Of a DNA stretch of 39,956 nt, positions 16,173 to 26,286 are shown piece after piece. Position numbers and translations under genes: made by a program. Positions within the stretch are counted from its first letter, which is position 1; every line of letters begins with the position of its first letter. Below the pieces are notes generated by a model. The model worked only from the letters and a program-made list of their open reading frames with translations. It searched no databases and was not told where the DNA came from. This DNA comes from Burkholderiales bacterium (GTDB lineage: Bacteria; Vulcanimicrobiota; Xenobia; Xenobiales; Xenobiaceae), in the NCBI GenBank assembly GCA_012799975.1, contig JAAZKF010000342.1, positions 1 through 39,956 of the forward strand. Reading direction: 5' to 3'.

Positions 16173-18182
16173 TCAGACCTGCAGCAGCGCACGTGCGCGC
16201 CGGGCGATATTCTCGCCGGTCAATCCGAACTTCTCATACAGGGTCTGATAGGGAGCCGAGGCTCCGAAGCGGTCCAGGGCCACCACGTCTCCGTGGTCTC
16301 CGACCCAGCGGTGCCAGCCCAGGGAAACCCCGGCTTCGACGGCTACCCGGGCGCGGATCCCGGAAGGCAGGACCTGCTCGCGATAGCTCGCGTCCTGCTC
16401 TGCGAAGAGTTCCCAGGAGGGCATGCTGACCACTCGGGTGGGGATCCCTTCCTGCTGCAGGAGGGCTCGCGCCTCCAGACAGAGGTGCACCTCCGAACCG
16501 GTTCCCAGCAGCAGCACCTTGGGGGTACCCCCTTCCGCCTCGGCCAGAATATAGGCTCCATTGTGCAGGCCTGCGGCCGCGCCCAGTTGCGTCCGGTCCA
16601 AGGTTGGCACATTCTGACGGGTCAGGGCCAGAGCCACCGGCCGGTCCTCGCTGCGGATGGCGTGTTTCCAGGCCTCGAGGACCTCCGCAGCATCGCAGGG
16701 GCGCAGCACCGTCAGGTTGGGAATGGCCCGCAGGGCCGCCAGGTGCTCGACGGGCTGGTGGGTGGGTCCATCCTCACCCAGGCCGATGCTGTCGTGGGTC
16801 CAGACATACACCAACGGCAGGCCCATCAGGGCTGCCAGGCGGACCGCCCCCCGCATATAGTCAGAAAAGACCAGGAAGGTCGAGCCGTAGGGGATCAACC
16901 CGCCGTGCAGGGCCAGTCCGTTGAGGATCGCGCCCATGGCATGCTCGCGGATTCCGAAGTGGATGTTACGGCCTTCGGGATTTTCGGCAAACTGCGAGGC
17001 GGCTCCGTCGATCAGGGTCTTGGTGGAAGGTTCCAGATCCGCCGAGCCGCCGATCATGTTGGGGAGGCGCCTGGCCAGAGCGTTGAGCACCTTGCCGGAC
17101 GACACACGCGTCGCGACGGACTTGCCGACCTCGAACTGGATCAAATCGCGGTCCCAGCCGGTCGGCAGACGGCCATCCATCCAGTCCTCGAATTCCGCGG
17201 CCAGTTCGGGATGGTCCTGGCGATAGGCCTCAAAAGCCTGATTCCAAAGCTCCTCCAACCGATGGCCGTTGTCCACCACGCGCATCCCCTGCTCGCGGAC
17301 TTCGTCGGGGACATAGAAGGTCTGGTCGGTGGGCAGTCCCAGGATTTCCTTGGTGGCGGCGATCTCGGTGTGGCCCAGGGGCGTCCCATGAGACTCGGCG
17401 GTATCCTGGGCGTTGGGGGCCGGCCAGGCGATATGGGTGCGCACAGCCAGCAGGCTGGGCCGGGGATCACGCCGGGCCTCGGCCAGGGCCTGTTCAAAGG
17501 CATCCAGGTCGTTGGGGTCCTCCAGGCGCTGCACATGCCAGCCGTAGGCCCGGTAGCGGGCCTCGCGGTCTTCAGTGAAGGAGAGGTCGGTCGAGCCGGC
17601 GATGGTGATGCGGTTATCATCATAGATGGCGATCAACTTGCCCAGGCGCTGGGTGCCAGCCAGTGAGGCCGCCTCGCCGGTGACGCCCTCCATGAGATCG
17701 CCATCCGAGCAGAAGACGTAGGTATGGTGGTTGACCACCTCATGCCCGGGGCGGTTGAAGCGGGCCGCCAGATAACGCTCAGCCAAGGCCATGCCGACGG
17801 CGCTGGAGAGACCTTGTCCCAAAGGTCCGGTGGTCATCTCAACACCAGGAGTCATGTAGTGTTCAGGGTGACCCGGGGTAATGCTGTCCCATTGCCGGAA
17901 GCTCTTCAGGTCGTCCAGGCTGACCCCGTAGCCGGTCAGGTGCAACAGGCTGTATAGCAACATGCTGGCATGCCCGCAGGACAGGAGGAAGCGGTCGCGG
18001 TCGACCCAGGCCGGGTTGTGCGGGTTGTGCCGCAGCACCCGGCTGAACATGACCCAACCCAGGGGTGCCAGCGCCATGGCGGCCCCGGGATGGCCGGAAT
18101 TGGCATGTTGTGGGCCGTCCATGGCCAAGCCTCGGATGACGTTGACGCAGAGGGAATCGAGTCGGGCCTCGGGGGTGCTCAC
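16173..18182 (-). CDS. tkt: Transketolase
   Basis: [12 protein letters not shown], the TPP motif SDGDLMEGV, and the [15 protein letters not shown] motif are present. 669 aa. Confidence 0.95.
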   Translation of the reverse strand: MSTPEARLDSLCVNVIRGLAMDGPQHANSGHPGAAMALAPLGWVMFSRVLRHNPHNPAWVDRDRFLLSCGHASMLLYSLLHLTGYGVSLDDLKSFRQWDSITPGHPEHYMTPGVEMTTGPLGQGLSSAVGMALAERYLAARFNRPGHEVVNHHTYVFCSDGDLMEGVTGEAASLAGTQRLGKLIAIYDDNRITIAGSTDLSFTEDREARYRAYGWHVQRLEDPNDLDAFEQALAEARRDPRPSLLAVRTHIAWPAPNAQDTAESHGTPLGHTEIAATKEILGLPTDQTFYVPDEVREQGMRVVDNGHRLEELWNQAFEAYRQDHPELAAEFEDWMDGRLPTGWDRDLIQFEVGKSVATRVSSGKVLNALARRLPNMIGGSADLEPSTKTLIDGAASQFAENPEGRNIHFGIREHAMGAILNGLALHGGLIPYGSTFLVFSDYMRGAVRLAALMGLPLVYVWTHDSIGLGEDGPTHQPVEHLAALRAIPNLTVLRPCDAAEVLEAWKHAIRSEDRPVALALTRQNVPTLDRTQLGAAAGLHNGAYILAEAEGGTPKVLLLGTGSEVHLCLEARALLQQEGIPTRVVSMPSWELFAEQDASYREQVLPSGIRARVAVEAGVSLGWHRWVGDHGDVVALDRFGASAPYQTLYEKFGLTGENIARRARALLQV

Positions 18183-18327
18183 GGGGAGGGCGCTCCTTTC
18201 CAGGCCGCCGCCTTCAGAAGGGCAGCGCGGGAAGGCCCCCTTCGCGACCGGTGCCCAGGCCCCTACCGACCACGAGCCTCATTCGCAGGATATGGGAGGT
18301 CGAATCCCAGGACCCATCCCGCAGGCC

Positions 18328-19506
18328 TCAGTGCCCTCCCGAGTCCCAGGTCCCAGGGCGAATGACCCGGCTCGAAGGTTCCCAGGTGGTCCCCGGTTTG
18401 ATCTCCAGCACCAGGATGGCCAGGTCATCGGTGAGGTCCCCGCCCGAGTAGGCCATCACGGCTTCCTCCAGGCGGTGCAAAAGGTCTTCAGAGGTCGCCC
18501 CTGCATAACGGCTCAGCAACCTCTGCAGACGTGCCATGCCGAAGAGGTCACCGGAGGCCGACCGGGCCTCCACCAGACCATCGGTGAACAGGATCACCCG
18601 GTCCCCCGACTGAAGGGTCGTGCGTTTTTCGTCCCATGTGATGTCGTTGAAGAGACCCACGGGCAACCCCTCAGCCCGCAGTTCCTCGACATGTCCCGAA
18701 CTCCTCAACAGCAAACCCGCATGGTGACCTCCAGAGGCAAAGGTCAGAATGCTGCTCTCTTCGTCGAAGACCCCATAGAACAAGGTGGCGAACCAGGTCG
18801 TGTCCTCCGCACACAGGCGCAGGAGGCGCCGATTGAGGCGCTCCAGGACGACTCCCGGTGACGGACTGCGTTTCCCCCATTCGAAGAAGAAGCCCATCAG
18901 GATCGCCATCAACATGGAGGCCGAAATCCCTTTCCCCATGGTGTCCCCCAGACAGAACACCACGTACTTCTCCTGAAAGGGTCGGAAGTAGTAGAAGTCT
19001 CCGCCGATGGCCTGACACTGGCGCATCAGACCCTGAATCCGAACCCTGCTGAAGTCGTAGTCCGGAGGGATGAGGGCGGACTGCAAGGTGCGTGCCATTC
19101 CGATATCCCTGGTCACGCGAGCCTGATGGCGCTTGACGGCTTCGAAGCGATCCAGGGTGACCAGGATGAAGCCTGCCAGCAGCAGCCACTCCGCCAGCTC
19201 CAACAGGTCACGGACCAACAGGCCCGACCAGCCCAGTCGATCCCCTGCCAGCGAACACAGATGGTATAGGAGCAGGGCAGGCGGGATCACCCACAGGCCT
19301 TTGCGCCGGAACAGGATACACGCCACTATCACCGGAGCGAAGAAGAGGTCCAGGGGCAGACGAGGGCCCGTCCCGATCATCAAGGCAGTGCAGGCCAGGA
19401 GGGACAGCCCCAGGACGATCCACAGGACTCGTGCGGCGACGCCCCTGGGCTGTAACAGTAAGAGGCCCTCCAGGAAGCGGATCGACTGACTCACAGGAGT
19501 GCTCAA
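18328..19506 (-). CDS. Membrane-anchored PP2C/SpoIIE-family serine phosphatase (RsbU-like)
   Basis: The C-terminal domain carries GGDFYYF, CLGDTMGKGISASMLM and ILFTDGLVEA motifs. About four N-terminal TM helices. Start tentatively at TTG 19506; GTG 19494 is an alternative. The track extension to 20091 is Arg/Ser-rich and antisense to the PPIase gene. Confidence 0.8.
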   Translation of the reverse strand: MSTPVSQSIRFLEGLLLLQPRGVAARVLWIVLGLSLLACTALMIGTGPRLPLDLFFAPVIVACILFRRKGLWVIPPALLLYHLCSLAGDRLGWSGLLVRDLLELAEWLLLAGFILVTLDRFEAVKRHQARVTRDIGMARTLQSALIPPDYDFSRVRIQGLMRQCQAIGGDFYYFRPFQEKYVVFCLGDTMGKGISASMLMAILMGFFFEWGKRSPSPGVVLERLNRRLLRLCAEDTTWFATLFYGVFDEESSILTFASGGHHAGLLLRSSGHVEELRAEGLPVGLFNDITWDEKRTTLQSGDRVILFTDGLVEARSASGDLFGMARLQRLLSRYAGATSEDLLHRLEEAVMAYSGGDLTDDLAILVLEIKPGTTWEPSSRVIRPGTWDSGGH

Positions 19507-19693
19507 GGTTCCTTCTGCCTCAGACGCCCCCGTCGGTTTCCAAGACTCCGGGCGGCCAAGAAAAAAACCCAGGCCGTGTGCGTGGCACGCAGGGATCGTC
19601 CGGAGGGACTTTGCCCAAACCCGTCGGGTTCCTGCTCGCAGGACTTGGGCCCACCTCGCCGAACCGCGGCACGCCCTTTTCGGGAGGTAGGCT

Positions 19694-20578
19694 TTGAACC
19701 GCAAGAATCTGCTGGTCGTGCTGGTCTTGGCCCTGGGCGTCGGTGCTGCTTGCGCAGCCCTGGCCTGGCACCGGAACCGTCCGGTCGCCCGGGTCGACTC
19801 CCAGAGCATCTCGGCGGTCGAACTGAGCCGCGAGCTGCACGAACGCTTCGGGGCCGAAGTCCTCCAGGACCTGGTCAACCAGCGCCTGGTCGCCCGGGCG
19901 GCCGAAGAAGCAGGGATGACTGCGGGAGAAGCCGAGATCGACGCCTGGGTGGCGGATTTCCGGAAAAGACCCGAGGCTCGGGTCCTGCTGGATTCGGGTA
20001 GACTGCCCGAAGAACGTCTGCGACGCAACCTGGCCACGGTGGTGCCCCTGTACAACCTGGCCCTGCAGGACGTCTCCGAGGAGGATCGCAAGCAATACTT
20101 CCGGCTGCATCGCTCGGAATTCGAGGAGCTTCAGTTGCGACATATCCGGCTGGGAACCCGCGCCGAGGCCACCGAGCTGCGCCAGCGCATCCACTCCCCC
20201 GCGGACTTCCTCACCCTGGCGAGCGTCCATTCCCAGGACCAGGGCACCCGTGCCTCCGGCGGGGATCTGGGACGGGTGACCCGGGCCGAGCTGGAAGACT
20301 CCTTCGCAAAGGCCGACGTGGACGCCTTGTTCAGCCTGGCCCCGAACGGCCTCTCGGAACCCCTCCACTCCGATAGCGGCTCCTGGCACCTGTTCCTGAT
20401 GGAGGGCCGGACGGTCCACTATGAAGGTCTGCGCCGACGGGTCCTGGAAGTAATGGCCCGACCACGCCTGGAGGCCTGCCTGGAAGGACTGCGTGCCAAG
20501 GCCCGCATCGAGATCCTGCTGCCTTCGGCCCAAGCGATCTCGCCCCAGGCCTCACCGTCTACCGAGGTCCAGAAATGA
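19694..20578 (+). CDS. Parvulin-type peptidyl-prolyl isomerase (PrsA/SurA-like) with an N-terminal anchor or signal sequence
   Basis: TTG start with GGGAGG 6 nt upstream. Hydrophobic N-terminus (LLVVLVLALGVGAA). The PpiC-type domain reads LRHIRL...GGDLG...F....L..G..S.P......WHL. Confidence 0.72.
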   Translation: MNRKNLLVVLVLALGVGAACAALAWHRNRPVARVDSQSISAVELSRELHERFGAEVLQDLVNQRLVARAAEEAGMTAGEAEIDAWVADFRKRPEARVLLDSGRLPEERLRRNLATVVPLYNLALQDVSEEDRKQYFRLHRSEFEELQLRHIRLGTRAEATELRQRIHSPADFLTLASVHSQDQGTRASGGDLGRVTRAELEDSFAKADVDALFSLAPNGLSEPLHSDSGSWHLFLMEGRTVHYEGLRRRVLEVMARPRLEACLEGLRAKARIEILLPSAQAISPQASPSTEVQK

Positions 20579-21348
20579 ACCCGGGTGATTCTTTCCAGAG
20601 ACTCGTCGAACTCCTCGCCGTGCTGCGTGGCGAGACGGGTTGTCCCTGGGATCGCGAGCAGGATCACCACAGCCTGAAGAAATTCCTGCTGGAAGAAGCC
20701 TATGAGGTCCTGGAGGCCATCGACGAAGAGGATTCCGAGCACCTCTGCGAAGAGCTCGGAGACCTTTTGATGAACCTCCTCTTCCAGGCCAGGATCGCCC
20801 AGGAAGCCGGCCACTTCGACATCCAAGACGTGTGCCGGGGGATCACCGAGAAGTTGATCCGCCGACATCCCCACGTCTTCGCCTCGACCCCTGAGCTCCA
20901 GGCTGAAGACGTCGCCCGCCAATGGGAGCAGATCAAACTCCAGGAGAAAAAACGCCCGCCCCATACCTCGGCCCTGGACGGCATCCCCCGGAATGCCCCG
21001 GCCCTCAACCGCGCCCAGAAAACCGTCCAACGGGCAGCCCAGGCGGGTTTTGCCTGGCCCGACGCAGAAGGGGCCCTGGCCAAGGTGCATGAGGAGCTGG
21101 AGGAGGTTGAAGAAGTCGTGGAATCCGGCCCAAAGGGACGGCTGGAGCAAGAGATCGGCGACCTTCTCTTCGCCGTGATCGGCCTGGCCCGAACCGTAGG
21201 CGTAGACGCCGAATCCGCCCTGCGCGGGACCACGGCCCGATTCACGGAACGCTTTCGCCGTCTGGAGGCTCGCCTGGCCCCAGGACTTGCCGAGACGACC
21301 TCCGACGAGATGATTCGGATCTGGCGGGAGATGGCCACCGAAAACTGA
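20575..21348 (+). CDS. mazG: Nucleoside triphosphate pyrophosphohydrolase MazG
   Basis: CPWDREQDHHSLKKFLLEEAYEV plus a second MazG repeat (EELEEV...EIGDLLFAV). ATGA overlap with the upstream PPIase gene. Confidence 0.9.
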   Translation: MNPGDSFQRLVELLAVLRGETGCPWDREQDHHSLKKFLLEEAYEVLEAIDEEDSEHLCEELGDLLMNLLFQARIAQEAGHFDIQDVCRGITEKLIRRHPHVFASTPELQAEDVARQWEQIKLQEKKRPPHTSALDGIPRNAPALNRAQKTVQRAAQAGFAWPDAEGALAKVHEELEEVEEVVESGPKGRLEQEIGDLLFAVIGLARTVGVDAESALRGTTARFTERFRRLEARLAPGLAETTSDEMIRIWREMATEN

Positions 21349-21430
21349 AGGAACGGCTCGTTGCCCGCACACGGGAAGGGCCACCCATTTTACAACACGC
21401 GTCCAACGAGCAAGGTCAGGAGGGTTCAAC

Positions 21431-22048
21431 GTGAAATTCAACTTTCTCCCCCGTGAGGAGACCTTCTTCCAACACTTCCAGGAACAAGCGCAGTTGTGCC
21501 GACAGGCAGGAGACCTGCTGGCGACCCTGTTGGAGGACTTCGAACACTTCGAGATCCATCTCAAAGCCCTCAACGAGATCGAGCATCAAGGCGATGCCCT
21601 GGTCCACAAGGTCTCGCTGCAACTGGCACGCAGTTTCGTGACTCCCATCGACCGGGAGGACATCCACTCGTTGTCGGCCTACCTGGACGACATCCTGGAC
21701 TACTGCCAGTCCTCGGCCGTCAAGATGTCCACCTACCAGGTCCAGAAGCCGACCGAGGAGGCCTTCCACCTGGTCCACCTGGTCCAGAAAATCTCCGGAT
21801 TGATCAATCAGGCCGTCGACCGGATGGTGAAGTTGGAGGACATCACGGAATTGCGCCAGGAGGTCAAGACGATCGAGAAAGAAGCCGACAAGGTGTACCG
21901 CAGCGCCGTGGCCGACCTTTTCCGCCACGAAACCGACGCCATCCGCCTGATCAAGTGGAAGGAGATCTACAAAAGCCTGGAGACCGTCACCGACAAGTGT
22001 GAGGACGTCATGGACGTCCTGGAAGGCGTGGTCATCAAATACGCTTGA
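21431..22048 (+). CDS. DUF47-family protein (PhoU-related phosphate-transport regulator-like)
   Basis: FF..F.......A..L...... then EHQGDALVHKV...L.RSFVTPIDREDI..L...LDDILD is the DUF47/TIGR00153 pattern. GTG start. No PiT transporter gene is adjacent. Confidence 0.8.
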   Translation: MKFNFLPREETFFQHFQEQAQLCRQAGDLLATLLEDFEHFEIHLKALNEIEHQGDALVHKVSLQLARSFVTPIDREDIHSLSAYLDDILDYCQSSAVKMSTYQVQKPTEEAFHLVHLVQKISGLINQAVDRMVKLEDITELRQEVKTIEKEADKVYRSAVADLFRHETDAIRLIKWKEIYKSLETVTDKCEDVMDVLEGVVIKYA

Positions 22049-22161
22049 ACCCACCCCCTGGACACCGAGATGGAGGACCCTCCGGGAAGGCGGAGAACGT
22101 GGCCGCGTTCCCACCCGACATCCTGGATCCGGTCCTGAAAGTCCGGTCTCGAGAGATTTGA

Positions 22162-23481
<1,320 letters not shown>

Positions 23482-23503
23482 ACTGATCGGCCTTCAGGCC
23501 TGA

Positions 23504-23546
23504 ATGTGAGAAGAGCCCCACCGTGATGGCGGGGCTCTTCTCACAT
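23504..23546. terminator. Perfect 16 bp hairpin between convergent eno and DUF4405 genes (candidate bidirectional terminator)
   Basis: ATGTGAGAAGAGCCCC, an 11 nt loop, then GGGGCTCTTCTCACAT. It is preceded by the small palindrome GGCCTTCAGGCC. No clear U-tract. Confidence 0.55.
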
Positions 23547-23563
23547 GAAGATCGTGTCCTGGC

Positions 23564-24052
23564 TCAGTGCGACTCTTGCGATGGGCAAACAATCCCGGGA
23601 CCACAGCCGGACTCACGACCAGACCCATGGTCGAACTCACAGCTGGAACCGCGACCGTGGCCGTGGCCACCCCCTCCCGGCACAGCCTGCAACCGGGTCG
23701 AAGCCAGCCAGAGGCTGCCGAAGAAGCCCACGACCACCAGGGCCAGGAGCACGACTCCCATGACCCGGCGCGTCCCGGGGGTCGGCTTATCCCTTCCGCA
23801 GTGCCGGCAGACCATGCAGGCCACCCAGTCCCAATGCAGCACCAGGTGCAGGATCACCAGCATGACCGCAGCAATCGACATGTAGAAGTGCCAATCGCCG
23901 AAATCGTGTCGGCTCAGACCGAAGAGCGTGCGAGAATGGCCGGAGCCAGGAGGCATCACGAAATAGATCAAGGCTCCTGTCCAGGTCAGGCCCGCCATGA
24001 GGACTGCCAACAAAACGTCGATCCAGAAGTTCAAAGTTCCCCGTTTGTCCAT
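23564..24052 (-). CDS. DUF4405-like cytochrome-b-type membrane protein with a Gly/His/Cys-rich C-terminal tail
   Basis: Four TM segments with conserved His positions (GHSRTLFG..H, WHFYMS, ILHLVLHWDW) fit the DUF4405 pattern as I remember it. The tail reads GGGGHGHGRGSSCEFDHGSGRESGCGPGIVCPSQESH. GGAGGT RBS. Confidence 0.6.
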   Translation of the reverse strand: MDKRGTLNFWIDVLLAVLMAGLTWTGALIYFVMPPGSGHSRTLFGLSRHDFGDWHFYMSIAAVMLVILHLVLHWDWVACMVCRHCGRDKPTPGTRRVMGVVLLALVVVGFFGSLWLASTRLQAVPGGGGHGHGRGSSCEFDHGSGRESGCGPGIVCPSQESH

Positions 24053-24186
24053 ACCGGTACCTCCGTCTCAATCCGACCCCCAGGCTTCCCTGTCGGCCGA
24101 GCAAGGGATACAATCCGACTCGATTCGCATCCCGGCGGATACGCAGTCGTTCCCGGGCGCTCCGGCTCCCTCATCGGCTTTCCCGG

Positions 24187-24999
24187 TCATGGGCGACCGG
24201 CTCCCAGTCGAAGCGAGACCTTCCGGATGGAGGGGCCGAACTGCCGCATCCCCCCTCCCTCGGACACAACCTGGAGAACTCCTTCCGGCTGATGCACGAC
24301 CACTCCTGAGAGCAAGGTCACGCAGGTCCCTTCGAAGACCTCCGGAACCAGGGGGGTCGAAGCCCCAAGCAAGGCCACGACGCGACAGTTCCGGGCCGCC
24401 TTCAGAATGGTGTCCAGGGTCCCATTGAGAAGCGACGTCGCCGTGATCAAGGCCACGGAAGAGCGGGCCAGAACCTCCGGCGCCTCGTGGTCCGCTCGCA
24501 GTTCCCGGGAACCGGGCCCATCCAACCTCTCGAAGACGGTCAGGGAGCGGGCCTGGAGCCGCAATCCCTCCAACAACGGAGCGAAGTTCCCGATCATGGC
24601 GACCTCATCTTCGGGGGTGACCTCCAGGTGCTCCAGGATATCTCCGTGCAGCTCGCCAAGGCCCTCACGGTTGGCCAAGGCGTTGGCGCAGGCCAATCCC
24701 ACGGCTGCCTCGATCGCATCCGAAGACTCCAGGAAGGCCAGCAGCTCGTCGGCCAGACGCCCGACCAGGGGACGCGCCCCCCTGAAGACCGAACAACCTC
24801 CCCTGGCCAGGTCCCGGAAGGTATAGGCCACCCCGGTCCGCCCGTCACCCAGCCGAACAGCCGTGTAGCCCAAGCCGATCCGGACGTCCTGGACACGGAC
24901 CCCGCGGGCCTCTGCCGCCAGATGCAACCTCAGTCGAGGGGCAATCCCTTCCGGGTCCGATCCACCCGCAGGCCGACTAGTCCTACTCGTCAACTCCAT
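24187..24999 (-). CDS. DUF4213/DUF364 protein (putative metal-chelation Rossmann-like family)
   Basis: Start chosen at ATG 24999. VRIGLGYTAVRLGDGRTGVAYTF...GC pattern (DUF4213), followed by a Rossmann-like half (VAMIGNF.PL...L.VFE...V..ITATSL.NGTLD.IL). The track extension to 25125 starts at a TTG and is low complexity. Confidence 0.65.
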   Translation of the reverse strand: MELTSRTSRPAGGSDPEGIAPRLRLHLAAEARGVRVQDVRIGLGYTAVRLGDGRTGVAYTFRDLARGGCSVFRGARPLVGRLADELLAFLESSDAIEAAVGLACANALANREGLGELHGDILEHLEVTPEDEVAMIGNFAPLLEGLRLQARSLTVFERLDGPGSRELRADHEAPEVLARSSVALITATSLLNGTLDTILKAARNCRVVALLGASTPLVPEVFEGTCVTLLSGVVVHQPEGVLQVVSEGGGMRQFGPSIRKVSLRLGAGRP

Positions 25000-25528
25000 C
25001 CTCGGCACCTCGTCCTCCTGCCAGCGGGTCGGCACCCCGGCTTCGCCCATGTCTTTCGCTCCATCCACGGCCCGCCCTCCGACGGCCCCTCCCCTCCCCG
25101 TGCCCACACCCCCTTCCTCCTCCAAGGCTCAACCCGGTGCAGGTCGGGCAGGTTCCGGGCAATTCCCCGGGAGCCAGGAAGTGACTCTGGCCACAGGCCC
25201 GGCATGGCGGAGCGGGAGCGAGCCGGAAACTTCCCCCCTCGATGGCCAGGCTCCGCGCCTTGAGCAGGGCCTCAGTGACGACGCGTCGCCCTTGTTCCAG
25301 AAGACGACCCACGGTTTGACGGGAAACCCCCAGGTTCTGAGCCGCTTTTTCGTGACTGAGGCCTTCCAGGTCGACCAGGCGCATAGCTTCGAGTTCGTCG
25401 ATCTTCAGGACCAGATTCTCCAGATCCCGGGCCGGGACTCCGACCGGCTTGAAGAGGTTGGTACGGGGAAGGCAGGCGACCTGACGGGGACGGTGGGGAC
25501 GAGCCAAGACGGGGACCTCCTGCCACAT
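24983..25528 (-). CDS. DUF134 (UPF0251) putative DNA-binding protein with a C-terminal Cys4 ribbon and a Gly/Arg/His tail
   Basis: RPRQVACLPRTNLFKPVGVP...LKIDELEAMRLVDLEGLSHEKAAQNLGVSRQTVGRLLEQGRRVV is the DUF134 sigma-70-region-4-like HTH. It is followed by CRACG...CPTC and then GGGRGCGHGEGRGRRRAGRG. Confidence 0.75.
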   Translation of the reverse strand: MWQEVPVLARPHRPRQVACLPRTNLFKPVGVPARDLENLVLKIDELEAMRLVDLEGLSHEKAAQNLGVSRQTVGRLLEQGRRVVTEALLKARSLAIEGGSFRLAPAPPCRACGQSHFLAPGELPGTCPTCTGLSLGGGRGCGHGEGRGRRRAGRGWSERHGRSRGADPLAGGRGAEDGVDE

Positions 25529-25617
25529 GAGGGGATTGAACTTTCAGGAAGACTCGCAGAAAGACCAAGGCCCGACCCGACGGGCCGAGCCTTGGCCAGA
25601 GCCGGTTGGCCTGGACT

Positions 25618-25929
25618 TCACGACGGCGGAGGGGAGTCCTCCGCAGGTCTATTTGTCTTCATCTCGAGCAGGGTCTGGCGCATCTCGTGCAGACAACCCT
25701 CCAAATCATCCATCCGAGCGTGCAGGGCCTCAACCTCTGCGTCAGGAACCGGGCCCCTTCCCAGGGCCTCCCCCCCACCGGGGGCCGGAGGCGGGGGCGG
25801 AAGTCCCGGATTCCAGTTCCCCTGACCACGACCATGACCATGACGCCGGCGTCCTCTCCCCCGGCAAACACCACCCCCAAAGCCTTCAGGGCCGCGACCT
25901 CGAGGGCCTGTTCCATCACCTGCTGGCAT
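25618..25929 (-). CDS. DUF5320 family protein
   Basis: The N-terminal MPAGDGTGPRGRGP.G.GGG.C.GRG pattern and a C-terminal coiled coil (EVEALHARMDDLEGCLHEMRQTLLEMK) are as in DUF5320. AGGAGG RBS 5-6 nt upstream. Confidence 0.7.
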   Translation of the reverse strand: MPAGDGTGPRGRGPEGFGGGVCRGRGRRRHGHGRGQGNWNPGLPPPPPAPGGGEALGRGPVPDAEVEALHARMDDLEGCLHEMRQTLLEMKTNRPAEDSPPPS

Positions 25930-26286
25930 GCTGACCTCCTTGTTTTATCCTCGCCCGCCGGGATGCCATCATCCGATCAAACGGGCCGAATTATTAGCGT
26001 ATGCCCATAATACCCCTTCAAGAAACCTGCGTCAACCGAGATTTTGCGAAAGAGCAGCAGGTTTAGGGGCCCGCAACCTGAAACAACGCAGGTCGACTTC
26101 GGATGGGCTTCCCCACGATGGTGCCGCCGAGCGATTTCATCCCGATGACGCTGCCTCCCGGCCCTGTCCGATCCAGGAAAGATTCAGTGTCTTCCCGGAC
26201 AGCCGGGCTGCGGGGAAAGGGATCCCCGTGCCAACCCAGAACCTGCGCGGGCATCAAGCGACGGTTCCACCGTCAGGGAGATTTTC

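Noticed and set aside
18298-18308. GGTCGAATCCC, resembling a tRNA T-loop, in the PP2C-tkt spacer
   Set aside because: The flanks do not form a T-stem, acceptor stem or anticodon arm on either strand. No tRNA could be folded by eye.
19561-19567. A7 run (T7 on the minus strand), preceded by weak pairing, in the divergent PP2C/PPIase intergenic region. Considered as a terminator or slipped-strand switch.
   Set aside because: No gene ends upstream of it on either strand, the adjacent stem is only about 4-5 bp, and the run lies outside coding sequence.
21431-22048. DUF47 gene considered as part of a phosphate-uptake module
   Set aside because: The usual PiT transporter partner is absent. The flanking genes are mazG and eno, so no system-level claim is made.
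25819-25851. Short tandem nucleotide repeat (accatgaccatgac) considered as a simple-sequence or contingency repeat
   Set aside because: It is only two to three units long and in frame. It encodes the HGHG part of the DUF5320 Gly/His tract, so it is treated as a protein-level feature.
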